NCBI GenBank assembly: GCA_031372035.1
Contig: JANMKM010000409.1
Span: 1-60,608 of the forward strand
Length of the DNA stretch: 60,608 nucleotides
Direction: 5' to 3'
From: Rhodoferax sp.
Lineage (GTDB): Bacteria > Pseudomonadota > Gammaproteobacteria > Burkholderiales > Burkholderiaceae_C
The position numbers and the translations under genes were made by a program. Each line of letters begins with the position of its first letter. Position 1 is the first letter of the stretch. Shown here one piece after another: positions 40,146-49,867 of this stretch. The notes beneath the pieces are model-generated. The model was not told where the DNA came from. It searched no databases and saw only the letters and a program-made list of their open reading frames with translations.

Positions 40146-40709
40146 ATGACCATCGCCACGCCACCCGACCAGCCGCGGCTGTTCATGTTCGTCGGCAGTG
40201 ACACTGGCCCCTGGACCGTGCTGTCCGCGCGCGCCCTGGTGGGTGGCGCATTGCCGCCCGCGCGGCGCTTGAGCGTAGTAGTCGGCGCCGCCGCACCGCC
40301 ACCCAGTGGCACACCGTGGGCGCTGGCTGGCGTCACCAGCAACGAACGCTACGTGGAGCGGCACGAGAAGGTGGCTCTCGCGGGCACGCAAGCTGGACTG
40401 GGGCGCGCCGAAGCCAGGCGCGCCGCGCTGATTGCAATCCGCAAGTCACCGGCCTGGTGGGCGCTTACGCAGGACGGACGGCGGGCCGTCTTCGAGGCGC
40501 AGTCGCACCACATCGCCGTCGGTCTGCGATACCTGCCTGCTGTGGCCAGGCGACTTCATCACTGTCGCGATCTCGGCTCGGTCCAGCCCTTCGACTTCCT
40601 GACCTGGTTCGACTACGCGCCCCAGCACGAGTTGGCGTTCGACGATCTGCTCACGGCCCTGCGCAGCTCGGCCGAGCGCAGCCCAGCCGTTCGGGCGCTT
40701 AGAACGTGA
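40146..40709 (+). CDS. Chlorite dismutase-like (Cld/HemQ superfamily) protein, probably 3'-truncated
   Basis: IRKSPAWWALTQDGRR, HHIAVG, RRLHHCRDL, FDFLTWF; C-terminus runs into the neighbouring gene. Confidence 0.75.
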   Translation: MTIATPPDQPRLFMFVGSDTGPWTVLSARALVGGALPPARRLSVVVGAAAPPPSGTPWALAGVTSNERYVERHEKVALAGTQAGLGRAEARRAALIAIRKSPAWWALTQDGRRAVFEAQSHHIAVGLRYLPAVARRLHHCRDLGSVQPFDFLTWFDYAPQHELAFDDLLTALRSSAERSPAVRALRT

Positions 40710-41055
40710 TAATCTGGCGGCCCTCGAGCAGCAGCGCACGCAGGCTAGCATGCCCACGGTCGTCCTCGAGCAAGGGCAGCTCCACAGCCTGCAAGGCATC
40801 GAGCACGCCATAGCTCTTGGCACAGAAGCGGCAGACACCGCGCACGGCGGGCAGCACGTCGGCGAACAGGGTGTGAAAGCGGTGCTCTGGTTGTGCCATC
40901 TCGGCCGCTGCAGTGCTGCCGGCGCCGTCGAAGACGATTACGACATCGTCGCCCGCCATGCGCAACTCCTGTGCGCCCATCAGCGCACGGTAGATCGCCG
41001 ATTACCAGGCGCCTTCGAGCTTGCTGTTGATCAGCAGTGCGACCTTGAATGCCGC
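40699..41055 (-). pseudogene. DsrE-like protein with a premature stop
   Basis: FKVALLINSK..GAW*SAIYRALMGAQEL...FDGAG...CRFCA...GHASL; TAA at 41002-41004; no start codon. Confidence 0.7.
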
Positions 41056-41069
41056 CTACGTGTCTTCGA

Positions 41070-41207
41070 TCAGCGCGCAGCTACGGTCATGACCATGGCT
41101 GCGGTGGTGGACGCAAAGCCAACGATGGCGATAGCGGTGGTGACGAGGGCTGCGAGCATTGGCCTGGCTTTCATGAGGCTTACTTGAGAGGAGGTGTTCG
41201 GGTTCAT
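41070..41207 (-). CDS. 45-aa hydrophobic small protein
   Basis: Single TM stretch; ECF-like promoter ~45 bp upstream. Confidence 0.45.
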   Translation of the reverse strand: MNPNTSSQVSLMKARPMLAALVTTAIAIVGFASTTAAMVMTVAAR

Positions 41208-41249
41208 AGCCTTGCCGCCGGGCCCGTGGGCCGCGCCGGATGTTTGTTC

Positions 41250-41276
41250 TGTCGACGAGCCTGCTGCCACATGACA
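41250..41276 (-). promoter_or_regulatory. ECF-type promoter motif 4 (variant)
   Basis: TGTCAT-N16-CGACA. Confidence 0.55.
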
Positions 41277-41340
41277 CGAATTTCATCGAGACTGCGTTCG
41301 TCACTGTGCGTGACCATGCGCATCGGCGATCATCGCAACC

Positions 41341-42174
41341 ATGTGCCTTGCAGCCCTCACCATCGGCCAGAGCGACCGGTTCCCGGTCGTGCTGGCCTCC
41401 AACCGCGATGAGTTCTTCGCCCGCGCCAGCCAGCCTCTGGCGTGGTGGCGGCCGTCGGACGGTGCGGCCCCCATCCTGAGCGGCAGGGACCTGACGGGCG
41501 GTGGCACCTGGCTGGGCTTGAATGCCGCTGGTCGGCTGGCGCTGGTGACCAACGTGCGCGAACCGGGTCGGCAGCTCAAGGCGTCGCCCTCACGCGGGGA
41601 ACTGGTGCTGCAGTGCCTGACCGACCCGCAAGCCGACCTGGCGGCGCTGGCAAGGACGCCGCGCAATGGCTTCAACCTGCTCACCGTCGATCTCGCGGCC
41701 GACCCATGGAAGCTGCCTGGAACGCCGGTCGGCCAGTGGGTTAGCAACCGGCCCGACGTGCAAGGCCGGGCGATAGGGGCAGGCGCAATCGGACTTTCCA
41801 ACGCAGCGCTCGACACACCATGGCCGAAGGTACGCGCGCTCAAGCAGCGTTTGACCCAGGCCGTCGATCAGCACCATGAGCTGGACGCGCTGGTGGGCAG
41901 CTTGTTCGCCGCGCTGCTCGACCCACAGCCGGCCTCGGACGCAGAGCTGCCGCGAACCGGCGTGTCGATCGAACGCGAGCGACAACTGTCCAGCGCCTTC
42001 ATCCACATTGCCGGAGGCGACAACGGGGCGTACGGCACCCGCTGCTCGACGGTCATCGTGGTCGAAGCATTGGCAGGCAGGCGCAGCGTCCATCTGCTGG
42101 AGCGCACCCACGATGCAACAGGCCGCGAGGCCGGCATGCATGCCGAGCGCTTCGAGTTACCCTTTCAGCGCTGA
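41341..42174 (+). CDS. NRDE (TANGO2) family protein
   Basis: MC...SNRDEFFAR, GRDLTGGGTWLG, SRGELV, GLSNAALDTPWPK, YGTRCST. Confidence 0.93.
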   Translation: MCLAALTIGQSDRFPVVLASNRDEFFARASQPLAWWRPSDGAAPILSGRDLTGGGTWLGLNAAGRLALVTNVREPGRQLKASPSRGELVLQCLTDPQADLAALARTPRNGFNLLTVDLAADPWKLPGTPVGQWVSNRPDVQGRAIGAGAIGLSNAALDTPWPKVRALKQRLTQAVDQHHELDALVGSLFAALLDPQPASDAELPRTGVSIERERQLSSAFIHIAGGDNGAYGTRCSTVIVVEALAGRRSVHLLERTHDATGREAGMHAERFELPFQR

Positions 42175-42662
42175 GCCTGTCGTCCGGCCAGACGCGCCAG
42201 CAACGGCATCCAGGTGGAACGCCGGATCCAGAGCAGAGCGGCACAGGCCAGCCAGACGCCGCAGGCCAGGGCGAACAGCTCGCCGCCGTCGCTACTGCCG
42301 TCGGTGTTGACGACCGCCACGCCCAGCGGGGTGAACAGGTGGAAGAAGATCGCGCCGCTGATCACGCCCAGGCCCAACGCGGCACCGAGCACCTGCACGA
42401 TGCGTTGCGACGACAGCGCGGCACCCGCCAGCAGCAGCACAGAAGCGATCAGCTCGAAGCTGCCCACCACCTTGGCCGAGAAAATGCCGCCTGGCGCGAA
42501 TACGCCGGCAAAGCCCAGCGACGCGGCCCAGGGGTCCAGCTTGCCCTGAAAGATGTACACCGTCTCGGGCGAGCCGGTGAACTTGAAGAACAGCGACTGG
42601 ATGAAGACGAACGCCACGTACAGCGTCAACAGCCAGTGGCCGTGTTTCTTGAGCCAGTTCAT
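42165..42662 (-). CDS. DoxX-like membrane protein
   Basis: FIQSLFFKFTGSPETVYIF, GAIFFHLFTPLG, DGGELF. Confidence 0.75.
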   Translation of the reverse strand: MNWLKKHGHWLLTLYVAFVFIQSLFFKFTGSPETVYIFQGKLDPWAASLGFAGVFAPGGIFSAKVVGSFELIASVLLLAGAALSSQRIVQVLGAALGLGVISGAIFFHLFTPLGVAVVNTDGSSDGGELFALACGVWLACAALLWIRRSTWMPLLARLAGRQAQR

Positions 42663-42697
42663 GGCAGTGCCTTTCCGGGTGGTGATCGTGAGCGCGT

Positions 42698-43198
42698 TCA
42701 CTTCTTCAACAGTGCCGGAAACTTGGCGTCGGCCGACTTGATGAAGCCGGCGGGATCCTTCAGCCACTTGGCCTGGATGTCGGCGTCATAGTTGAGGTAA
42801 AGCTTGCGGTCGCGGATCGTGAACTGATCGGGTTCGACCTTCACCAGGTTGTCCTGCACCACGCCGTAGGCGCAGTAGCCGCCGTATTGCGGCGCATATT
42901 TTTCAGGGTTGGCCTTGAACAGGTCGAGGTGTGCCTGAGTGCTGAACTTCCATTTCGCACCCATCCATTCGGTGGCCAGCGCGTCTTGGCCCTTCACTGG
43001 CTTGCCGACCGTGAAGTAGGCCACCGTGTCATAGCCATTGATTGCCGTGTCCGTGCGGCCGCCGAAGATGGTGTTCTTCAGCGTGTTGATCGGCGGTTCC
43101 GCAGCCGAGGCGGCCGTGGCGAAGAGCATGCCGGCCAGAGCAAGCGCGGAGGCCATGGCTGCGCGACGGGTCAAGCCGAAAGAGAGAGACTGAGACAT
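42698..43198 (-). CDS. Secreted YHS-domain protein
   Basis: RR-type signal; AINGYDTVAYF, NPEKYAPQYGGYCAYG, LYLNY. Confidence 0.9.
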   Translation of the reverse strand: MSQSLSFGLTRRAAMASALALAGMLFATAASAAEPPINTLKNTIFGGRTDTAINGYDTVAYFTVGKPVKGQDALATEWMGAKWKFSTQAHLDLFKANPEKYAPQYGGYCAYGVVQDNLVKVEPDQFTIRDRKLYLNYDADIQAKWLKDPAGFIKSADAKFPALLKK

Positions 43199-43764
43199 GA
43201 AAGCTCCTTGTTGTCAGATTGGGCAGCGGCCTTGCGTGTGGCGATCTTGTTCGCCACTGTTCCGGGTGCCTTGCCGAAGTGCGCCGGCACGCGAACCCCA
43301 TGCCGTTGAAGGTGTTCGGCCAACAGGGCAAAGTGGTGCACGGCATGGCTGGCCAGAAAGGCCAGCTCACGCCCCACGCTGGAGGTCACGCAGAAATCGA
43401 AGTCGCCGGTGATGCCGCCCTGGCCGAGCACTTGCACGGGCCGATCCAGCATGTCGAGCGTCCATTGGCCAAGCACCTGGCGCAAGCCCAGCAGCCTGTC
43501 CCGCGCCAACGTGGGGTTGGTCTCGATCTGACGATCACGCGGGCGGCCATCATAGTCGACCATGCCAAGGGTCAGGCCATTGACCAGTGCTTCGTAGTGC
43601 TCAACCACATGCCGCAGGTGCGCGCCGACGGGTCCGGCAAATGGTGGCGTACTATGCGGCGCGCCTGGCACTGCGTGTCCGCCCACCACCGCCAGCGCAT
43701 GATCGAGCACTTGCTGGTTGAAGCGCAGCAGGCGCTCCATCGTGGAATTTCCAAGAGTCTGCAT
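43171..43764 (-). CDS. DinB/DUF664-like protein
   Basis: GAHLRHVVEHY, DYDGRPRD, RELAFLASHAVHHFA, FGKAP. Confidence 0.85.
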   Translation of the reverse strand: MQTLGNSTMERLLRFNQQVLDHALAVVGGHAVPGAPHSTPPFAGPVGAHLRHVVEHYEALVNGLTLGMVDYDGRPRDRQIETNPTLARDRLLGLRQVLGQWTLDMLDRPVQVLGQGGITGDFDFCVTSSVGRELAFLASHAVHHFALLAEHLQRHGVRVPAHFGKAPGTVANKIATRKAAAQSDNKELSCLSLSLSA

Positions 43765-43812
43765 GGCGGCGGCGTGGTGTTGGACAGTGAAACTGGCTTT
43801 CGTATGAGCTTC

Positions 43813-43839
43813 TGTCGTCACCATCGCCCAGAATTTACG
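43813..43839 (-). promoter_or_regulatory. ECF-type promoter motif 5 (variant)
   Basis: CGTAAA-N16-CGACA upstream of dinB-YHS-doxX. Confidence 0.65.
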
Positions 43840-43877
43840 CCTTATTTGCGGCCGGCGTTCAATTTCCTCGGGGCAGG

Positions 43878-45071
43878 TCAATCCGTCGCCGGGTACTGCG
43901 GCGTCAGCAACTTCTCGCGCCGGTAGTCACGCACGAATTGGGCCCAGCGCATCGGCTTGAATCCGCGCGCCCGGTTCGCGTGGCCGATCTCGTACAACCA
44001 GCTGTACTGGCGCATCAGCGTCAACCAGGCCTGCGGCAAGGTCGTCTGCCGATCCCATATGTGGGTGCTCTCGGCACCGGCACCGTTGACCTCGACGATC
44101 GTGAAAGCGCGTCCGCGCTGCACTTGCGCAAAGTCCTCGAAGCGCACATCGAAGCGGCCGAAGTGGAACTCCGGCAGGCGTTTGGCGATGGCGTCGAAAC
44201 AGGCTTCCATCTCGGGCGTGACGAGGTGCGTGCCGTTGCGGAAGATCGCGCCGCGGCTGTGACTGCCGGCAAAGGCCAACCGGATCGATTCTCCAGCGGC
44301 TGGCACCTGGTCGAGCCGCGACGTGTGACGCCGCAGGTAGAGGTGCGACAGCTTGCCGGCGCGCGGGTCGTCCAGGATCAACTGGTGCAGGGTGCGCCGG
44401 CCGTCGCCAGTGACATGCGGGAAGTACTTGAGGGTGATCGACACGATGCGGCCGTTCGCATGGCCCGGCCGACGGCAGTAGAAGATGCCAGCTTCACCCT
44501 CGAACGGCACCAGGCGCTGCAGCAATAGCTTCGCGCCCCGAGGAAAGGCCTGAAGGTACCCATGCAGGTCGTCCGCCGTGCGAACCAGCTTGACGCCCGC
44601 GCCTCGGCAACCGAGGTCGGGCTTGGCGACCACAGGCAGGCTCAGGCCAGCGTCAGCCAGCGCCGCCAGCGCGGTTTCGCACTCCAAGCGTGGGTCTGCT
44701 TCTGCGGCTTCGGGCCGCTGGACAACAATGAAGGGCGCGACCCACTCCGGCGTGTGGCGCATGGCCAGTGCCAGGATATCGGCCTTGCTCTCACCATAAA
44801 AGCCACCGCCCGGGAACGACGGGTTGGCCACCGTCGGCAGCAACACGCCGCGGTAGCGCAGCATCAGCCAGGCGGCGTACAGCATCACGGGCGGATAGAA
44901 AGCCCACATGGGCCAGAACTCGAAGAAGCTCAACGCCGGCCCTTCCTGATCCAGCGGCGGCATGCCCTGATGGGGCCGCGCGGCGGGCTCTCTGGTCGGG
45001 CACTCGGTCTTGGCCAAGGCCAAAGGGGGGTCGATGAACAGCGGGGCCAAGGATTGGGACATCGGGGTCAT
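43878..45071 (-). CDS. ATP-grasp ligase (D-Ala-D-Ala ligase-like)
   Basis: FEFWP, ANP, GESK, KPDLGCRGAGV, GSHSRG, GRFDVRF, EVNG. Confidence 0.85.
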   Translation of the reverse strand: MTPMSQSLAPLFIDPPLALAKTECPTREPAARPHQGMPPLDQEGPALSFFEFWPMWAFYPPVMLYAAWLMLRYRGVLLPTVANPSFPGGGFYGESKADILALAMRHTPEWVAPFIVVQRPEAAEADPRLECETALAALADAGLSLPVVAKPDLGCRGAGVKLVRTADDLHGYLQAFPRGAKLLLQRLVPFEGEAGIFYCRRPGHANGRIVSITLKYFPHVTGDGRRTLHQLILDDPRAGKLSHLYLRRHTSRLDQVPAAGESIRLAFAGSHSRGAIFRNGTHLVTPEMEACFDAIAKRLPEFHFGRFDVRFEDFAQVQRGRAFTIVEVNGAGAESTHIWDRQTTLPQAWLTLMRQYSWLYEIGHANRARGFKPMRWAQFVRDYRREKLLTPQYPATD

Positions 45072-45685
45072 GGGCGTGCGGTCGTGAAACGTGTTCGGAG
45101 ATGCCGTACCAGCGGCACTGCCGCAGCCAGCACGAGGATGGGAATCGCCACGGCCAGAGGCAGGGGCAGGCCGAGGTGCTTGGACAGCGCCTGGCCGATG
45201 GCAGCGCTCAGCCCGTACAGGCCGACCGTCCACAACGTCACGGCCAACATCACCCAGGCCGTGAAAGGCACGATCGGCACGCGGACGAAGCCGCAGGCCG
45301 TGTAGGTGACCAGTCGCAGGCCCGGCACCACGCGGGCCAGCAGCACGGCGCTGGGCAGGCGGCGCATGATCTGCTCCCGCGCCCAGGTGGACCTGTCACC
45401 CACGTAGCGCCGACGCAGCCAAGGTACCCGCGTGGCGCCCAGGCCCATCGCGTACAGGCCCAGGTCGCCCAATGCGATGCCTCCACCCACGGCCGCGAGC
45501 GACAGTTCCCACGAGATCACGCCCTGGGTGGCCAGGGCCACGCCGGCGGCGATGGCCAGGTCCTCGAGCAGCAGCGTTGTCAGTGCCAGCACCAGCGCGA
45601 TGACCGCTGGCGCTGCCATGCCGGCCAGCGCGGCCTGGAACCACGCCAGCAGGGCCGAAGGCTCGGCGCTGAGGAATGTCAACAC
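45068..45685 (-). CDS. DedA/VTT domain membrane protein
   Basis: TLLLEDLA, GIALGDLGLYAMG, ARVVPGLRLVTYTACG. Confidence 0.85.
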   Translation of the reverse strand: MLTFLSAEPSALLAWFQAALAGMAAPAVIALVLALTTLLLEDLAIAAGVALATQGVISWELSLAAVGGGIALGDLGLYAMGLGATRVPWLRRRYVGDRSTWAREQIMRRLPSAVLLARVVPGLRLVTYTACGFVRVPIVPFTAWVMLAVTLWTVGLYGLSAAIGQALSKHLGLPLPLAVAIPILVLAAAVPLVRHLRTRFTTARP

Positions 45686-46593
45686 GAGGGCTCCAGCGCA
45701 ACGCGCAACGCTTCGCGCACTTCGCTCTCCGAGTTCCACGGCAGGAAGTGGTTCCGCCCCTCGAGCAGCACGGTGCTGATGCAGCGTGCGCCGCTGAAGC
45801 GCTCTTGCATGTAGGTGACGTTCGCCACGGGGACGAGTTCGTCCGCAGTGCCATGCACGATCACGACCCTCGCCTTCACTGCGGGCAAGATCGTGCCCAG
45901 CGCTTCGAGTTCGGGCTTCAGCGCCATCAGTTCGGCGTTTGCGTTGCGGATGACCCGGGGCAGCAGCCGCTGCACGAGCGACCTGGCACCGAAACGCTGT
46001 ATGGCGTGGATCGATTCCAGCGTCGGGTCCAGCGATCCAGCCAGCATCACTATCGACACGGATCGCTCCGGCTGCTCGGCCGCGAGTAGTGCTGCGGCCC
46101 ACGCGACGATCGGCGCGCCCTGTGAGTGCCCCAGCAGGACCACCGGGCGCCCATCCGCCGGCACGAGCGCAATGACCGCCGCAGCCTGCGCTGCGAGGCT
46201 CGGCACCGCGCCGTTCGGGGCGCTAGCCCCATATCCGGGCCGATCCAGGGCAACAACATCGGCGCCCGCCGGCGGCGCTGTCAAGTAGTCGGCCCAACCC
46301 GTGGCCGAGCCAGGCGTCCCATGGACGAGCACCACACGAGGGCCTCCAGGATTGCCGGCGCGCAGAAGGCTGACGCGGGCGTCGAGCGGGATGCCGACGG
46401 CGATCGAACTGCGCATGCCGTCCGTGGCCGGCAACGGGGCCTTCGGCCCGGACGGCGCACAGCCCACTGCGGCCAGTGCCACGCCCAATGCAGTCCACAG
46501 CGGCGGACCCGGTGACTTGGTGGCCCGGTTCGCGAGCATGGGCAGCGCAGCGCGCCCCCTCTTCGCCTTGCTTCGCTCCGCTGCATGTGGCAT
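45679..46593 (-). CDS. Alpha/beta hydrolase (probable lipoprotein; start uncertain)
   Basis: AAVGC lipobox-like; HGTPG, DRPGYG, GHSQG, NHFLPW. Confidence 0.88.
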   Translation of the reverse strand: MPHAAERSKAKRGRAALPMLANRATKSPGPPLWTALGVALAAVGCAPSGPKAPLPATDGMRSSIAVGIPLDARVSLLRAGNPGGPRVVLVHGTPGSATGWADYLTAPPAGADVVALDRPGYGASAPNGAVPSLAAQAAAVIALVPADGRPVVLLGHSQGAPIVAWAAALLAAEQPERSVSIVMLAGSLDPTLESIHAIQRFGARSLVQRLLPRVIRNANAELMALKPELEALGTILPAVKARVVIVHGTADELVPVANVTYMQERFSGARCISTVLLEGRNHFLPWNSESEVREALRVALEPSC

Positions 46594-46652
46594 CCATCTG
46601 CTCCGGCGGCCTGCGCGTCGGGAAATACCGCTGCCACAAGCACTGTCTATAT

Positions 46653-46679
46653 AGTCGCACGGGACAAGCTTTGATTACA
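46653..46679 (-). promoter_or_regulatory. ECF-type promoter motif 6
   Basis: TGTAAT-N16-CGACT. Confidence 0.75.
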
Positions 46680-46691
46680 CCAGTCGATTGC

Positions 46692-46718
46692 TGTAACGCG
46701 GGTGGATTTTTGGCGACT
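46692..46718 (+). promoter_or_regulatory. ECF-type promoter motif 7
   Basis: TGTAAC-N16-CGACT, back-to-back with motif 6. Confidence 0.75.
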
Positions 46719-46764
46719 CTGGGAGCGCCTATACAACCCTTCCAGCCAACTTGCAGGTCCGCCC

Positions 46765-47535
46765 ATGTCGTACCCCGCACACGCCCCATCGACCACACGG
46801 CACTCGCAGCCGGCACCGGCCTATTCGGCACGCCTGGCAGCCAGCCGTGCCGACCTGAGGGCCGCGCAGGCGCTGCGCTTCGAGGTCTTCAATCTCGAAC
46901 TCGACGAGGGCTTGGTCCAGTCGTACGACACCGGCCTGGACGCTGACCCCTTCGACGAAATCTGCGACCACCTGATTGTCGAGGACACGACCGACGGCAG
47001 CGTCGTGGGCACCTACCGGCTGCAGACCGGGCAACGCGCCCGCGACGGGCTGGGCTACTATAGCGAGCGCGAATTCGACTTCTCGCCCTTCGAGGCCACG
47101 CGCGGTGAAATCCTCGAACTGGGGCGCGCGTGCATCCACGCCCGCCATCGCAATTTCGCGGTTCTCAACCTGCTGTGGAAGGGGATCGGCACGTACGCGC
47201 GCGACCAAGGAGCACGCTACCTCATCGGCTGCAGTTCGTTCACCACCCAGGACGCGGCCGTAGGCGCTGCGGCCTACCAGCAGCTTCTGCCCCACCTGTC
47301 GCCGCCAGCGTGGCAGACACGGCCGCGGCCAGAGTTCGCCTGCCCGCTGGAGGCCGTGGCAGCGCCAGCCCCGCGAATTCCGCGCCTGCTGTCCGCCTAC
47401 CTCGCATTGGGTTCCGCGATCTGCGGGCCGCCGGCTCTGGACCGCGAGTTCAAGACCGTGGACTTCCTGACCTGGATCGACATGCAGGCGCCTGCCGTGG
47501 TGGCGATGCAACGACGAGGGCGCTTCATTGTGTAA
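46765..47535 (+). CDS. OlsB-like GNAT N-acyltransferase
   Basis: AQALRFEVF, DADPFDEICDHL, VGTYRL, YSEREF, ELGRAC, YLIGCSS, PALDREF. Confidence 0.88.
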   Translation: MSYPAHAPSTTRHSQPAPAYSARLAASRADLRAAQALRFEVFNLELDEGLVQSYDTGLDADPFDEICDHLIVEDTTDGSVVGTYRLQTGQRARDGLGYYSEREFDFSPFEATRGEILELGRACIHARHRNFAVLNLLWKGIGTYARDQGARYLIGCSSFTTQDAAVGAAAYQQLLPHLSPPAWQTRPRPEFACPLEAVAAPAPRIPRLLSAYLALGSAICGPPALDREFKTVDFLTWIDMQAPAVVAMQRRGRFIV

Positions 47536-48256
47536 GGGCTTGTTCGATGTCACCCCTGAGCTCCGCCGCGAAGGCCTTGCGGTCAGCGCGGCTCGCGGCG
47601 CGCAGCGGCAGCGCCGTCACTTTGGCCACCACAGCGCGAGCGCGGCACAACCACCAAATGCTCTGTATGAGCGAGTCGTCGCCCAGGTATCGCACGCTTG
47701 GGCTGGTGGGCTGCGTTCCCTCGGAATAGCGCAGGGCGAGCGGCTGCGCCGCGCCGTTTCCGGCGAACGCGGCTTGAAGCAGGCTGGAGCGAAACGGGAG
47801 CACACCACCGCCGTCGCTGGTCGTGCCCTCCGGAAAGACCATGACCGTGCCGCCGCTGCCGAGCACAGCGGTCACTTCGCCCACGATGCGGTCGGCCATT
47901 CGCGGCCGGTCACGTGGCACGAACAGCGTGCCTGCACCCTGCGCCAGGCGTCCTATCAGCGGCCACCGCAGCACATCGGCCTTGGCAACGAATCGGGCCC
48001 GCCGGCACAACGAGTGCAGCACGATGACGTCCAGCCACGACACATGGTTGGCAACCAGCAGTTGTCCCAGTTGGATCACGCGTTGCAGCCGGACCTGGAT
48101 GCCCAGGGCTTCCAGCACGGCGCAAGCCCACTGCTGAATCTGCGCTTCGCGATGCGCCGACGGGGTCGTCGCTGGCAGCCGGCTCAGGGTGAGCAGGCCA
48201 CGACCGACGAGCATGCCGACGCGAACCGACCTCAGAACAGCAATGAACCATGACAT
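47525..48256 (-). CDS. OlsA/PlsC-like lysophospholipid acyltransferase
   Basis: ANHVSWLD, FVAK, FPEGTT. Confidence 0.9.
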   Translation of the reverse strand: MSWFIAVLRSVRVGMLVGRGLLTLSRLPATTPSAHREAQIQQWACAVLEALGIQVRLQRVIQLGQLLVANHVSWLDVIVLHSLCRRARFVAKADVLRWPLIGRLAQGAGTLFVPRDRPRMADRIVGEVTAVLGSGGTVMVFPEGTTSDGGGVLPFRSSLLQAAFAGNGAAQPLALRYSEGTQPTSPSVRYLGDDSLIQSIWWLCRARAVVAKVTALPLRAASRADRKAFAAELRGDIEQALTQ

Positions 48257-48379
48257 GCGACACCCCCAACGCCCGATGATGCAGGACCTTCACCGCTCAC
48301 GTTCTGAGACAAGCGCCGGTCACGCTGCGGTGACACACTTTGTCGGGCGCCGCGGTTCCGTGGCGCAGTCGACCCTAGG

Positions 48380-49294
48380 ATGACCCCGATGTCCGCAACC
48401 GCGTTCAGATCCAGCACCGCCGATTGTCGGCGTCGACCATGGCCGCGCCAGGTGTTGCTGCTCTTGCCATGGCTGATGACGGGCTGCAGCCTGCTGATGC
48501 CGCCGGAGATTGCCGAGATGGAATCGCGCACCAGCGCCGAGGCCCTGAAACTCCAGCGCGACGACCCGGCGGCTTTCGTCAGTTACAAGTTCGGCACGCG
48601 GCAGATGCGCTATGTCGATGTCGGGCGCGGACCCGACAAGCCCCTGGTCGTATTCCTCCACGGCTCGCCAGGCGATTGGCGAGGCTGGGCGGACTACCTG
48701 ATCGACCCCGAACTCACACAGCGCGCCGAACTGGTCGCTGTGGACCGGCCCGGGTTTGGCGGGTCGGGCGCAGGTGCCGTCGAGCGATCGCTCGTGCAGC
48801 AGGCGCGCGACGTCTCGCCACTGCTGGACAAGGTGGCCGCGGGGCGCCGGGTGGTGCTCGTCGGTCATTCTTTCGGGGGCACACTGGCGGTGCGGCTGGC
48901 GATGGACAACCCCAGCAAGGTCACCGACCTCGTGATCCTCGCCGGCTCGATCGACCCGGCCATGGAGCACACCGCGTGGTACCAGTATCCCGCTGACTGG
49001 CCAGTGAGCTCCTGGATGCTACCCGATGTGCTGGTGGTCACCAACCGTGAGATCCGCGCGCTGAAGGACGAGCTCGTGGACATGCTGCCGCTTTGGCCAC
49101 GGGTGACTCAGCGCGTGACGGTGATGCAAGGCGCCCAGGACAAACTGGTGCCACAGCAGAACGCCGACTTCGCCCAGAAGATGCTCACCCACGCCACTTC
49201 CGTGAACATCGTTCGCATCCCGGAGATGAACCACTTTCTGCCCTGGACCCGCTACGCGCAGGTCAAGGCGGTGATCCTCGACCACCTGCAATAG
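48380..49294 (+). CDS. Alpha/beta hydrolase (probable lipoprotein), paralogue of 45679
   Basis: LMTGC lipobox-like; HGSPG, DRPGFG, GHSFG, NHFLPW. Confidence 0.88.
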   Translation: MTPMSATAFRSSTADCRRRPWPRQVLLLLPWLMTGCSLLMPPEIAEMESRTSAEALKLQRDDPAAFVSYKFGTRQMRYVDVGRGPDKPLVVFLHGSPGDWRGWADYLIDPELTQRAELVAVDRPGFGGSGAGAVERSLVQQARDVSPLLDKVAAGRRVVLVGHSFGGTLAVRLAMDNPSKVTDLVILAGSIDPAMEHTAWYQYPADWPVSSWMLPDVLVVTNREIRALKDELVDMLPLWPRVTQRVTVMQGAQDKLVPQQNADFAQKMLTHATSVNIVRIPEMNHFLPWTRYAQVKAVILDHLQ

Positions 49295-49429
49295 CGACGG
49301 ATGCGACGCCGAAGCGCCACTGCGAGGCGCCAGCGGCATGCCGCCTGGGCCCGGCACTACGCGCGTGCCGACGCTGGTCCAACTGAGAACACGGCCACTA
49401 CCTCCACGAACGCCATTGCCTGCTGCATG

Positions 49430-49773
49430 AGGGATTCGCGAAGTGCGGCGAGTGCGGGCACGAAGTCGGGCCAGGCGTCGAGCTGCTGCTAGGTGCGCCA
49501 GAGTTCGTCGCGATCTACTGCCGTGAGCACCTCAACGCCAAACTCCGACAGTGTCTCGTCGAGCACGCGCCTGTGCGTGTCGTCCACGCGGTGATCGGGA
49601 TGCACCTGGCCGACGATGTGCTTCATCGTCCGTCGCCGCAAGTCGTTGGCCATCGCATGCCAGTCGCGTTCGATCATGTGCCGCGAGCCGATGCCGGCCA
49701 GGGCGCGCACGAGTCCGCTGTGCCAGTCGAGTACCGTGCCGCCAGTGTCGAAGGCCAGTGCCTGGATGTTCAT
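49430..49773 (-). pseudogene. Haloacid dehalogenase type II fragment
   Basis: ALAFDTGGTVLDW; in-frame TAG followed by QQLDAWPDF; homology lost near 49430. Confidence 0.75.
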
Positions 49774-49867
49774 ACGACCACTTTCATGTGAGCGGCCGGC
49801 GCCGCGCCCGCAGTTGAGTTGCCGCCGTCGGAGATTCGTCCACGCGCGACGACTGTGGTCAGGCAGA

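Noticed and set aside
42698-43198. Selenoprotein form of the YHS protein, or Sec read-through in the pseudogenes
   Set aside because: The motif has Cys (GGYCAYG), and the in-frame stops in the fragments are TAA/TAG, not TGA
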